64,000 bases of DNA, from assembly GCA_052327205.1 (NCBI GenBank), contig CM126224.1, positions 63,302,001 through 63,366,000 on the forward strand, given 5' to 3'. This DNA comes from Somniosus microcephalus. Taxonomy: Eukaryota. Position 1 is the stretch's first letter, and the number at the start of each line of letters is the position of its first letter. Positions 10,970 through 21,368 of the stretch are shown piece by piece. A program made the position numbers and the translations under genes. Below the pieces are notes generated by a model that saw nothing but the letters and a program-made list of their open reading frames with translations, was not told the origin of the DNA and searched no databases.

Positions 10970-12054
10970 ATCAGTAAGCTCTGTTCCTTGGTCTCTGTCC
11001 AGAAATCCAAAGCACTAAAGTCATTGCAGCAAAATGGCTGGGCTTTATAGGTCAGTGTAAGTGCCCTTTAATTAGCGCTCCCCGAGGCCCATAGGGCCTC
11101 TGTTGCGTTCCACTTCACAGTTCTTAACAGCGCCACGCCCACATTGGGCGGGCGCCACTGAATTTCCGGTTTGGGGCGCACAAACAGCGTTGCACGACGA
11201 AATGACGTCATAAGCTGCGCGCGCAGCTGTGCGGGCGCAAACACTTTGCGCCGGCGCTAAATGTCAACTGAAGTTGGGCGTAGGCGCAGATCGTTCTGCG
11301 CCCGGGCGCTAAGTGCCTAGCGCTGGAAATCTACCCCTATTATGGCGTTAGCGGCTGGCGAACGCAACTGAATTTCTAGGCCTCTGTGTTTTGTTGAACT
11401 TGCTGCAGCTAGCCTTGTCAATTCTATGGTGAGTATTCTGGAGCAATGCTCTGACTGTGTCTACGGCTGAATTATTCAGGTTCCCCCTGTTTGTGCTCAC
11501 CACTTAATAGCAAACTGCAGTGCACACAACAGTCTTCTATCCCTTGTTCTGTCATAGCTTTTGATTCAATTGCTTGCTCAACATTTACTAGCAGTGTTAA
11601 TAATTGTTAAGTACATAAATTAACATTTAAATTAGTATAAAGGGCAAAAAAAATCTTCCATAGAAACATTGACATTAAAAACACCTCATGGTCTTTCAAG
11701 AACTCTAGGAGCGATTTTCACCTTACCTGCCTGGCAGAAACCAGTATGTAGGCAGTTAAAATGCCCTGAGTTACTTATTCGCCCTGAAGCCGCCAGGATC
11801 CCACTGTCTGTGATTTTAACCTCCTCTCCTGAGCAGGCGGGAAGGACATCTGCCGAAAGTGGGCAATGTCCTTCATTACCTACGCACCAATTACATCATC
11901 GAGACCCGACTGCCATTTTAACTGAGGCCTGAGCAAAGAAGCTGCTGTGGCTTTCTCACCAGGCAAACCCAGGACAGAAGAGATCAGCCTCGGAAATGGA
12001 TGATAAAGCTAGGTGTTTTTCATTCATTTGTGGGGCCAGTAAGAACAAGAGGTT

Positions 12055-12865
12055 TTTAAAAAATTATTTCTTGGGATGTGGGCGTCACTGGCAAAATCAT
12101 CGTTTATTGCCCATCCCTAGTTGCCCTTGAGAAGGTGGTGGTGGGCCACCTTCTTGAACCGCTGCAGTTGTGTGGTGAAGGTACTCCCACAGTGCTGTTA
12201 GGACAGGGAGCTCCAGGGTTTTGATCCAGCGATGATAAAGGAACGGCGATATATTTCCAAGTCAGGGTGTTGTGTGACTTGGAGGGGAACTTGAAGGTGG
12301 TGGTGTTTCTATGCGTCTGCTGCCCTTGTCCTTCTAGTTGGTGAAGGTCATAGGTTTGGGAGGTGCTGCTGAAGAAGCCTTGGCAAGTTGCTGCAGTGCA
12401 TCTTGTAGTTGGTACACACTGCAGCCGTGATACGCCTGTGGTCCTGTGGTGGAAGGAGTGGATGTTCAAAGTAGCTTATGTGGCAGGTCCAGTTGAGTTT
12501 CTGGTCAATGGCAACCCCACGATATTGATGGTGGGGGATTTGGTGATGGTAATGCCATTGAATGTCATTAGGAGGTGGTTAGACTCTCTTGCTGGAGATG
12601 GTCATTGCCAGACACTTGTGTGGTGCGAATCTTACTTGCTACTTATCAGCCCAAGCCTGTATGTTGTCCTGGTCTTGCTGAATGCGGGAATGGGCTGCTT
12701 CATTATCCAAGGAGTTGCAAATGGAGCTGAACACTGTGCAATCACCAGCGAACAGCCCCACTTCTGACCTTATGGTGGATGGAAGGTAATTGATGAGACA
12801 GCTGAAGATAGTTGGGCCTAGGACGCTGCCCTAAGGAACTCCTACACGATGTCCTAGGGTTTAAT
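12055..12865 (-). mobile_element. Degraded 3' fragment of a second CR1-group LINE family
   Basis: NIHSFHHR peptide and GGGATGGGCAATAAA tail; same family as 32965-33852. Confidence 0.75.
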
Positions 12866-13461
12866 GATTACATAGAATTACATAGAATGTACAGCACAGA
12901 AAGTGAGCATTCGGCCCAATAAGTCTATGCCAGTGTTTCTGCTCCACATGAGTCTCCTCCCACCCCTCTTCATCTAACCCAATCAGCATAACCTTCGATT
13001 CCTTTCTCCCTCATGTGTTTCTCTAGCTTCCCCTTAAATGCATCTATGCGATTTGCCTCAACTATATGGTAGCGACTTCCACATTCTCACCACTCTCTGA
13101 CTATCGAAGTTTCTCCTGAATTGCTTATTGGATTTATTAGTGACTATCTTATATTTATGGCCCCTAGTTTTGGTCTTCCCCACAAGTGGAAACATTTTCT
13201 CAACGTCTAACCTATCAAACTCTTTCATAATCTTAAAGATCTCTATTCAGTCACCCCGCAGCCTTCTCTTTTCTAGATAAAAGAACCCCAACCTGTTCAA
13301 TCTTTCCTGATAGGTATAACCTCTTATAAATATTTCCGCACCTTCTCCAGTACCACTACATCCTTTATTTAATATTTAATATGCGCACAGTACTCTAAGT
13401 GTGGTCTAACCAAGGTTCTATTCAAGTTTAACATAACTCTCTGCTTTTTAATTCTATCTCT

Positions 13462-14502
13462 TGTAAGGTGTTTGGTTTCCTCGTCCTTACAAGGGTTCTT
13501 TGACTCTGGGTTTTACAGGAACAAACTCGTAGGTGACACAAAGGTTTAGGTTCAACCTAAAACTGTTAGTTTATTAAAACCAACAAAACACAGACAAAAA
13601 CCTGTTGAGATTTGGCTGAAACTTACAATCACCCATACGGCCGGTCGTTACCGTTGTGAATTGTAGGCCCGGATCGGAGATGACCTGTCCCCGTCTCTTT
13701 TATCTGACTGCAGCTGCCTACACAGCGCAAACCCCTTGTAGAGTCAACTGATACTTACAATCACCCGTCCGGCTGGTCGTAGCCAACGTCAATTGCAGGC
13801 TGGGGGCTGGAGATGACCGTCTTCCCTTCCTTCTTATACCTGGCTGTAGTCAGAGCCAGCTTCCAAGAGAGAGAGAGAGCTTCCGAGAGAGCTTCCGAGC
13901 GAAAAGGAGAGAGAGATGTGATGTGTTTCCTTCTTACAGCTCTTCCGTCACGCTTTTTCGAGTCTGGGCCTTCCCCCAACTCTTGTTTTCCAATACACAC
14001 CTAGTAATCCAAACCACAGGATGTGTACAGGGCTGAGGGATGGAAGACAATTCCTTATCTTGTCTCCCCTGCCCTGTGATACGTATTTAATGTGATTTCG
14101 TCTTACTACTGATGTGTTTTGCCCAAGGTTAAAGTGTTTTCCAGGAAGTCCATTGTTCCAGCAAAACTGGCATTGTTGTCTTATTCATTGAAGATCCATC
14201 GAAAGCCATTAAAACACGAAGTCTCATTGTCCAAAGTTAAATCACCTATTGAGATGCTCATTGTTTGTTAAACTCAGAGCATTGTCCAGATGTTAATTTT
14301 TCCCATCGAAACCAATCATGATTCAAGGCCTCACAGTTCAATGTCAATGTCAGTGTCCTTTTCAGAGCCAAAGCTTTCATTGTCCAGTATCAATGTGTTC
14401 TCCAAGAACTGCAAACTTTAATGACTGGCACCTTTTCTGTGCCTTGAAGTTTAACCGTTTCATGCCCTTATGCTGGGGCCAAACTGTTCCATGAAACTTA
14501 CA
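13462..14502 (-). mobile_element. Solo LTR, 1041 bp (ERV or Gypsy type)
   Basis: Termini TGTAAG...CTTACA; 4-bp TSD CTCT (13458-13461, 14503-14506); interrupts the CR1 cleanly; AATAAA on the minus strand near 13573. Confidence 0.85.
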
Positions 14503-14823
14503 CTCTCTAGAAATATACGGCCTTATAACCTGTGTCACTACTTTTAGTGATTTGTGTATCTATACCCCTTGATCCCTTTGCTCCTGTACCCCATTTAGAC
14601 CCTTATTTTCCAAGGAGTATGTGGCCTCCTTATTCTTCCCACCAAAATCCACCACCTCACATTTATCTATATTGAAATAGATTTACCAATTACACACCCA
14701 TTTTGCAAGTTTATTAAAGTCTTCTTGTATTTTGTTGCAGTTGTCTGGTACAGTATTAACTGTACCCCCCAATTTGGTGTCGTCTGCAAATTTTGAAATT
14801 GTACTTCCAATTCCTGAGTCCAA

Positions 14824-15364
14824 GGAGGTTAAATTGTATAGCCCCCGAAAAGGGACGCGGGGATCGCGATGCACAATTAACCCGCACTCGTTAATTGAAA
14901 TGCAGGCAGCACGCCAACCTCTTCCAGCAGCTTGTCCTGCTCTGCGTGGCCTCTGTTCATTCTCCAAGTCCTACTAATGGACCCATGTCTGGCAGCAAGT
15001 GGTTTGTGCAGAAGCCTTGAAGCCAACAAAAAGTTCTTCAGCACCTGCCACACCACTCCCTGTAGACTTTTGCAACTTGAAACAATTATAGAAAGTACCA
15101 AACATTTGTAGAATCATAGCAACAGCCAGAAGAAATCAGCCAGCAACTAGCCTGTAAGTAGTTGATGATCCCTTTAAATAGCGCTGGTGGCTGCTGGTTA
15201 AGAGAGGGTGTTAGCTGGAGCATTGAACTCCAAAATGGCATCGCTGGCGGCAAATCAACATTGCACGCTGATTGACGTCATGATCTGTCTGCTTTGCATA
15301 CTTCCAGCGGATGTTCACTGCGCGCGCCCAAAAAATGAGCGCTAACAATCACAATTTTGTGCCC
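14824..15364. mobile_element. Older Harbinger-type MITE
   Basis: 3-bp TSD CAA (14821-14823, 15365-15367); degenerate TIRs GG.....AAATTGT; right part resembles 11040-11220 (CCTTTAA..AGCGCT, TGACGTCA). Confidence 0.7.
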
Positions 15365-16032
15365 CAAATCTTATATGTAAATGGTGAACAACAGTGGTCC
15401 CAGCACTGGTCCTTGTGGAACAACACTTTTGCCAGTCTGTGTAACTACCCTTAACCCCTACTCTCTGTTTTCTGTTTTGTGGCCAGTTGCTAGCCATTTT
15501 ACGACCTGTCCCCTGACTGCACACGCTGTAACCTTAGTCATGAGTCTGCTATGTGGTACCTTATTAAAGGCCTTTTGAAAATCCAAATATATTACATCTA
15601 CCGCTTTACCCTACTGTTTCAGTTACTTCAAAGAATTCAATAAGGTTGGTCAAGCATGACCTTCCTTTTGCTGACTATTCTTTATTAATATTTTCAGTTT
15701 CTAGATGTTTTTCTATGACATCTTTGAGTAAAGGCTCCATTATTTTTCCTACCACCGACATTAAGTTAACTGCTCTATAGTTCCCTGGACTTGTTTTATC
15801 TCCCTTTTTAAATATAGGAATCACATTAGCGGTCCACCAGTTCTCTAGCACAATTCCCTTTACTAATGAATTTCTATATATATGCAATAGTGACTCTGCT
15901 ATTCTTTCCTAACTTCTTTTAATATGCGCAGATGCAATCCATCCAGACCAGGGGCCTCTATGTGTGATGAGTTTATCAATGATCTCCCCCTTTCAATTTT
16001 AAATGTCTTTATATATTTTTTGATCTCTTCTT

Positions 16033-16476
16033 GTGCTTGTGCATTGAGTGGTGCTGGAGTTTTGCTAAGTGGGAGAAAAATCATTTAAGTGTATTTTGTG
16101 AATTTTAGTGTGTTAAGAAGTCAATTATTTGAAGTAAGTTTAATTTTTTAAGGGTTTTTTAAACTCTTGGGCAGTTTAAACCGGAAGTAGAATCCGGGTA
16201 TAAAAGGGGAGGGGCTAGTGCAGTGCATGGAGTGCCTTGTGCATTGAGTGGTGCTGGAGTTTTGCTAAGTGGGAGAAAAATCATTTAAGTGTATTTTGTG
16301 AATTTTAGTGTGTTAAGAAGTCAATTATTTGAAGTAAGTTTAATTTTTTAAGGGTTTTTTAAACTCTTGGGCAGTTTAAACCGGAAGTAGAATCCGGGTA
16401 TAAAAGGGGAGGGGCTAGTGCAGTGCACGGAGTGCCTTGTGCATTGAGTGGTGCTGGAGTTTTGCTAAGTGGGAGA
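16033..16476 (+). promoter_or_regulatory. About 2.2 tandem 200-bp 5' monomers, each full unit ending in CCGGAAGT and TATAAAA
   Basis: GCATTGAGTGGTGCTGGAG recurs at 16041, 16241 and 16441; CCGGAAGT at 16181 and 16381; TATAAAAG at 16199 and 16399. Promoter role is inferred. Confidence 0.7.
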
Positions 16477-16764
16477 GTTCGGATAAGTGGGAGGTGAGGG
16501 TGTGTTTTTTGCTCTGTTTTGTTCCCCACTCCCAGGCTTGGACAACACTGCGGAGGCAGAGCAGCGAGACGAGTCAACCAAACAGGCCCCACAGACAGTA
16601 TTCAAGGAGGAGGTTGGTGATCAGCTGGTTGGTTGGTTTTCTTCCTTCTCTTCTCTTTTATACCTTTAAGTTGGTAAGTCCTTTGAATAGTGGTGTGACA
16701 TTATCATCTATATCCGGGCAGGGTCTTCATAACTAATAATAAGAAATTTAATTAATTATATAGA

Positions 16765-17718
16765 ATGGAGCAGGTGATGTGTTATTGTTGCGAGATGTGG
16801 GAGCCGGTGGTCCCCATTGAGGCTCACGGTGATTACATCTGCGACATGTGTTTGCTGCTAGAGGAACTCAAGTTCCATGTTATGGAGCTTGAGACCGAGC
16901 TTCAGACACTGCGACACATCAGGGAGGGGGAGAAGTTCCTGGACTCTATGTTTCAGGAGATGGTCACAACTATGAAGTTAATTACTGCAGATGTAGTCCG
17001 TGGTCAGGGACAGGACGGTGTGACTACGAGTGAGGAAGGTACAGGGATCCAGGATGTAGTGTTGAAGGAGACGCAGCCCTTGTTCTTGTCCAGCAGGATC
17101 GAGGTTCTTACTCCCTGTGAGGGCGGGAGCGGGGACTGCAGGGAGGATGAGCAACCTGGCCACAGCACCGTGGTACAGGGGGCCATTCAAGTGGAGGGAG
17201 TAAAAAGAAATGTTGTAGTGGTAGGGGATAGTATCATTAGGGGGATAGATAGGGTTCTCTGCAGTCAAGAACGGGAGTCCCGAAGGCTGTGTTGCCTGCC
17301 CGGTGCGAGGGTTAAGGACATCTCTTCTGGGCTGGAAAGAAACTTGGAGTGGGAGGGGGAGGATCCAGTTGTCGTGGTCCATGTTGGTACAAACGACGTA
17401 GATAGGACAAGGAAGACGGTTCTGTTAAAGGAGTATGAGCAGCTAGGGGTCAAATTAAAAAACAGAACCTCAAGGGTAATAATCTCTGGGTTATTACCTG
17501 AGCCACGAGCGAATATGGCTAGGATAAATAAAATTAAAGAGTTAAATGCGTGGCTCAAAGACTGGTGTGGGAGAAATGGGTTTTGCTTCTTGGGACACTG
17601 GCACCAATACTGGGACAGGAGGGAGCTGTTCCATTGGGACGGACTCCACTTGGCCAGTGCTGGGACTAGAGTCCTGGCGAATCATATAACTAGGGCTGTA
17701 GAGAGGGCTTTAAACTAA
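16765..17718 (+). CDS. CR1 ORF1p (Cys motif, coiled coil, SGNH esterase), 317 aa
   Basis: CYCCEMW...CDMC; VVGDSIIRG; HVGTND; WDGLHL. Confidence 0.93.
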   Translation: MEQVMCYCCEMWEPVVPIEAHGDYICDMCLLLEELKFHVMELETELQTLRHIREGEKFLDSMFQEMVTTMKLITADVVRGQGQDGVTTSEEGTGIQDVVLKETQPLFLSSRIEVLTPCEGGSGDCREDEQPGHSTVVQGAIQVEGVKRNVVVVGDSIIRGIDRVLCSQERESRRLCCLPGARVKDISSGLERNLEWEGEDPVVVVHVGTNDVDRTRKTVLLKEYEQLGVKLKNRTSRVIISGLLPEPRANMARINKIKELNAWLKDWCGRNGFCFLGHWHQYWDRRELFHWDGLHLASAGTRVLANHITRAVERALN

Positions 17719-17756
17719 TTAGTGGGGAGGAGGTTTCTAGAGAGCAAATAATAGAA

Positions 17757-20708
17757 ATGACAACAGAGAAGGTCATAGACTTAGGTAGCAGTGGGGGAAT
17801 TAAAAAACAGAATGTGTCAGGAAGGGACAGAAGGTATGGAGCAAAAAGTAAAGTACTAAAAAGGGAAAAAATAGGAACTAAGTGTTACAAAACATATTTG
17901 AAAGTTCTTTATCTGAATGCACGTAGCATTCATAACAAAATGAATGAGTTAACGGCACAAATAACAACATATGGGTATGATCTTGTGGCCATTACAGAAA
18001 CATGGCTGCAGGGTGACCATGACTGGGAATTAAACACACCAGGTTATTTAACAATCAGGAAGGACAGGCAGGAAGGGAGAGGAGGTGGGGTGGCTATGTT
18101 AATAAAGGAAGGAATCACTATAATACAGAGAAATGATATTGGGTCAAAGGAGCAGGATAGTGAAACAGTTTGGGTGGAGATAAGGAATAATAAGGGGAAA
18201 AAAACACTAGTGGGTGTAGTCTATAGGCCTCCGAACAGTTGCAACTCTGTTGGACGGAGCATTAATCGGGAAATAGTTGAGGCTTGTAATAAGGGAACAG
18301 CTATAATTATGGGGGATTTTAATTATCATATTAACTGGACAAATCAAATTGGGCAGAGCAGCCTTGAGGATGAGTTCATTGAGTGTATTAGGGATGGGTT
18401 CCTTGAGCAGTATGTAACTGAACCGACCAGGGGGCAAGCAACCTTAGATTTGGTCCTGTGTAATGAGACAGGATTAATTAAAAATGTCCTAGTAAAGGAT
18501 CCCCTTGGAATGAGTGACCATAACATGGTTGAGTTCCATATTCAATTAGAGGGTGAGAAGGTTGGATCTCAAACAAGCATGCTGAGCTTGAATAAAGGAG
18601 ACTATGAAGGTATGAGAGCGGAATTGATTAGAGTGGACTGGGAAAATAGATTAAAGGGTAAGACGGTACATGATCAGCGGTGTACATTTAAGGAGTTATT
18701 TTACAACTTCCAAAAAATATATATTCCACTGAGGAAAAAAGGGTGTAAAAGAAAAGCTAGCCATCCGTGGCTAAGTAAAGTAATTAAGGATAGTATCCGA
18801 CTAAAAACAAGGGCATATAAGGTAGCCAAATCTAGTGGGAGGATGGAAGATTGGGAAGTCTTTAAAAGACAGCAAAAAATAACTAAAAGATTGATTAAGA
18901 AAGGGAAGATAGATTATGAAAGTAAATTAGCAAAAAATATAAAAACAGACTGTAAAAGTTTCTATAGTTATATAAAAAGAAAAAGGGTGGCTAAAGTAAA
19001 TGTTGGTCCCTTAGAGGATGAGACTGGGAAATTAATGGTGGGAAACATGGAGATGGCAAAAACACTGAACAATTATTTTGTATCAGTCTTTACAGTAGAG
19101 GACACTAAGAGTATCCCAACACTGGACAAACAGGGGGCTCTAGGGGGGGAGGAACTAAATACGATTAAAATCATTAAGGAAGTGGTACTTGGTAAAATAA
19201 TGGGACTCAAGGCGGATAAATCCCCTGGACCTGATGGCTTGCATCCTAGGGTCTTGAGGGAAGTAGCGGTAGGGATTGTGGATGCATTGGTAATAATTTT
19301 CCAAAACTCACTGGACTCAGCAAAGGTCCCGGCAGATTGGAAAACTGCTAATGTAACACCCTTATTTAAAAAGGGTAGTAGGCAGAAGGCTGGAAACTAT
19401 AGACCTGTTAGCCTAACGTCTGTGGTTGGTAAAATGTTAGAGTCCATTATTAAGGAGACAGTAACGGGACATTTGGATAAACATAATTTAATAGGACAAA
19501 CTCAGCATGGTTTCATGAAGGGGAAGTCATGTTTGACAAATTTGCTGGAGTTTTTTGAGGAAGTAACATACAGGGTGGATAAAGGGGAACCAGTGGACGT
19601 AGTGTATTTAGACTTCCAAAAGGCATTTGACAAGGTGCCACACAAAAGATTATTGCTCAAGATAAAAAATCACGGGATTGGGGGTAATATTCTGGCATGG
19701 GTGGAGGATTGGCTCTCTAACAGAAAGCAGAGAGTTGGGATAAATGGTTCGTTCTCAGATTGGCAACCAGTAACTAGTGGTGTTCCGCAGGGGTCAGTGC
19801 TGGGTCCCCAACTCTTTACAATCTATACTAACGATTTGGAGGAGGGGACCGAGTGTAACATATCAAAGTTTGCAGATGATACAAAGATGGGATGGAAAGT
19901 AGTGAGTGAGGAGGACATAAAAAACCTGCAAAGGGACATAGACAGGCTAAGTAAGTGGGCAGAGATTTGGCAGATGGAATACAATGCTGGAAAGTGTGAG
20001 GTTATGCACTTTGGCAGGAAAAATCATAGAGCAAGTTATTATCTTAATGGCAAGAAACTGGAAAGTACTGTAGTACAAAGGGATCTGGGGGTCCTGGTGC
20101 ACAAAACTCAAAAAGTTAGTATGCAGGTGCAGCAAGTGATCAAGAAGGCCAATGGAATGTTGGCTTTTATTGCTAGGGGGATGGAATATAAAAACAGGGA
20201 GGTATTGCTGCAGTTGTACAAGGTATTGGTGAGACCACACCTGGAATACTGCATACAGTTTTGGTGTCCATACTTAAGAAAAGACATACTTGCTGTCGAG
20301 TCAGTACAAAGAAGGTTCACTCGGTTAATCCCGGGGATGAGGGGGTGGTCATATGAGGAGAGGTTGAGTAGATTGGGACTCTACTCATTGGAGTTCAGAA
20401 GAATGAGAGGCGATCTTATTGAAACATATAAGATTGTGAAGGGGCTTGATTGGGTGGATGCGGGGAGGATGTTCCCAATGATGGGTGAAACTAGAACTAG
20501 GGGGCATAATCTTAAAATAAGAGGCTGCTCCTTCAAAACTGAGATGAGGAGAAACTTCTTCACTCAGAGGGTGGTAGGTTTGTGGAATTTGCTGCCCCAG
20601 AAAGCTGTGGAAGTTACATCATTAAATAAATTTAAAACAGAAATAGATAGTTTCCTAGAAGTAAAGGGAATTAATGGTTACGGGGAGCGGGCAGGAAATT
20701 GGACATGA
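17757..20708 (+). CDS. CR1 ORF2p (APE endonuclease and reverse transcriptase), intact 983 aa
   Basis: YLNARS, ITETW, YRPP, GDFN, SDH; PGPDG, GVPQGSVLGP, FADD. Confidence 0.96.
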   Translation: MTTEKVIDLGSSGGIKKQNVSGRDRRYGAKSKVLKREKIGTKCYKTYLKVLYLNARSIHNKMNELTAQITTYGYDLVAITETWLQGDHDWELNTPGYLTIRKDRQEGRGGGVAMLIKEGITIIQRNDIGSKEQDSETVWVEIRNNKGKKTLVGVVYRPPNSCNSVGRSINREIVEACNKGTAIIMGDFNYHINWTNQIGQSSLEDEFIECIRDGFLEQYVTEPTRGQATLDLVLCNETGLIKNVLVKDPLGMSDHNMVEFHIQLEGEKVGSQTSMLSLNKGDYEGMRAELIRVDWENRLKGKTVHDQRCTFKELFYNFQKIYIPLRKKGCKRKASHPWLSKVIKDSIRLKTRAYKVAKSSGRMEDWEVFKRQQKITKRLIKKGKIDYESKLAKNIKTDCKSFYSYIKRKRVAKVNVGPLEDETGKLMVGNMEMAKTLNNYFVSVFTVEDTKSIPTLDKQGALGGEELNTIKIIKEVVLGKIMGLKADKSPGPDGLHPRVLREVAVGIVDALVIIFQNSLDSAKVPADWKTANVTPLFKKGSRQKAGNYRPVSLTSVVGKMLESIIKETVTGHLDKHNLIGQTQHGFMKGKSCLTNLLEFFEEVTYRVDKGEPVDVVYLDFQKAFDKVPHKRLLLKIKNHGIGGNILAWVEDWLSNRKQRVGINGSFSDWQPVTSGVPQGSVLGPQLFTIYTNDLEEGTECNISKFADDTKMGWKVVSEEDIKNLQRDIDRLSKWAEIWQMEYNAGKCEVMHFGRKNHRASYYLNGKKLESTVVQRDLGVLVHKTQKVSMQVQQVIKKANGMLAFIARGMEYKNREVLLQLYKVLVRPHLEYCIQFWCPYLRKDILAVESVQRRFTRLIPGMRGWSYEERLSRLGLYSLEFRRMRGDLIETYKIVKGLDWVDAGRMFPMMGETRTRGHNLKIRGCSFKTEMRRNFFTQRVVGLWNLLPQKAVEVTSLNKFKTEIDSFLEVKGINGYGERAGNWT

Positions 20709-20714
20709 GTCTAG

Positions 20715-21368
20715 GGGCTGGATTTTCAGTATAGACAGTTTTGGGGCGCTAACCTTAGCGCCCGCCCCAATGTAGCGCCCCGTTGCTGGAAATTCAGTGG
20801 CTTCGCCCTAAGAGGTTGGTGGAGCGCTAAAAGAGGCGTTCCACTACTATCTTTAGGCGCTAAGCCGGCGGTGCAGAGCGCAACACCCGAGCTCGGGCGC
20901 AGCGCACGGCACACACTCTGGGGCCAGTGAGCTCTTAAAGGGGAAGGGTGCATGTGTTTTGTTTCAAAGGAGGAGGAGGAGGAGGAGGAGGAGGAGGAGG
21001 AGGAGATGATGATCCTTCCACACAACACATGCAGACTGCCGTTTATAGTGCAGGGGGAGTGCCCTTTAATTTGCGCTCCCCAGGGTGTGTTGCGTTCCAT
21101 TTTACAAACGCTCTGGACGCCAGCCGCACAATGGGGCGGTCCGACTGAAGTTTGGATTCGGGGCGGCCAAAGGGCGTTGCACGAGGATGTGACGTCATTT
21201 TCTGCGCGCGCATCCGGGCGGCCGCTAAACTTTGCGCCGGCGCTAACGGGCAACTTAATTTGGGGCGGGGCGCAAACTGCGCTGCGCCCGGGCACTACAC
21301 ACATAGCGCCCGAAAATCACTTCTCTTAAGGCGCTAACTGCTGGCGCAAGCAACTGAAAATCTAGCCC
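20715..21368. mobile_element. Harbinger MITE related to the element at 2561-11382
   Basis: TIRs GGGCTGGATTTTCAGT / ACTGAAAATCTAGCCC; TSD TAG (20712-20714, 21369-21371); shares CTATCTTTAGGCGCTAAGCCGGCGGTGC with ~2709-2737; central (GGA)n. Confidence 0.9.

Larger units (their letters stand above)
2561..11382. mobile_element. Complete PIF/Harbinger DNA transposon with convergent Myb and transposase genes
   Basis: Perfect 16-bp TIRs GGCCTAGAAATTCAGT / ACTGAATTTCTAGGCC; 3-bp TSD TCT (2558-2560, 11383-11385); both Harbinger genes lie inside. Confidence 0.95.

Noticed and set aside
20948-21329. Poly-Glu, poly-Gly and poly-Ser ORFs
   Set aside because: They arise from the (GGA)n microsatellite inside a MITE.
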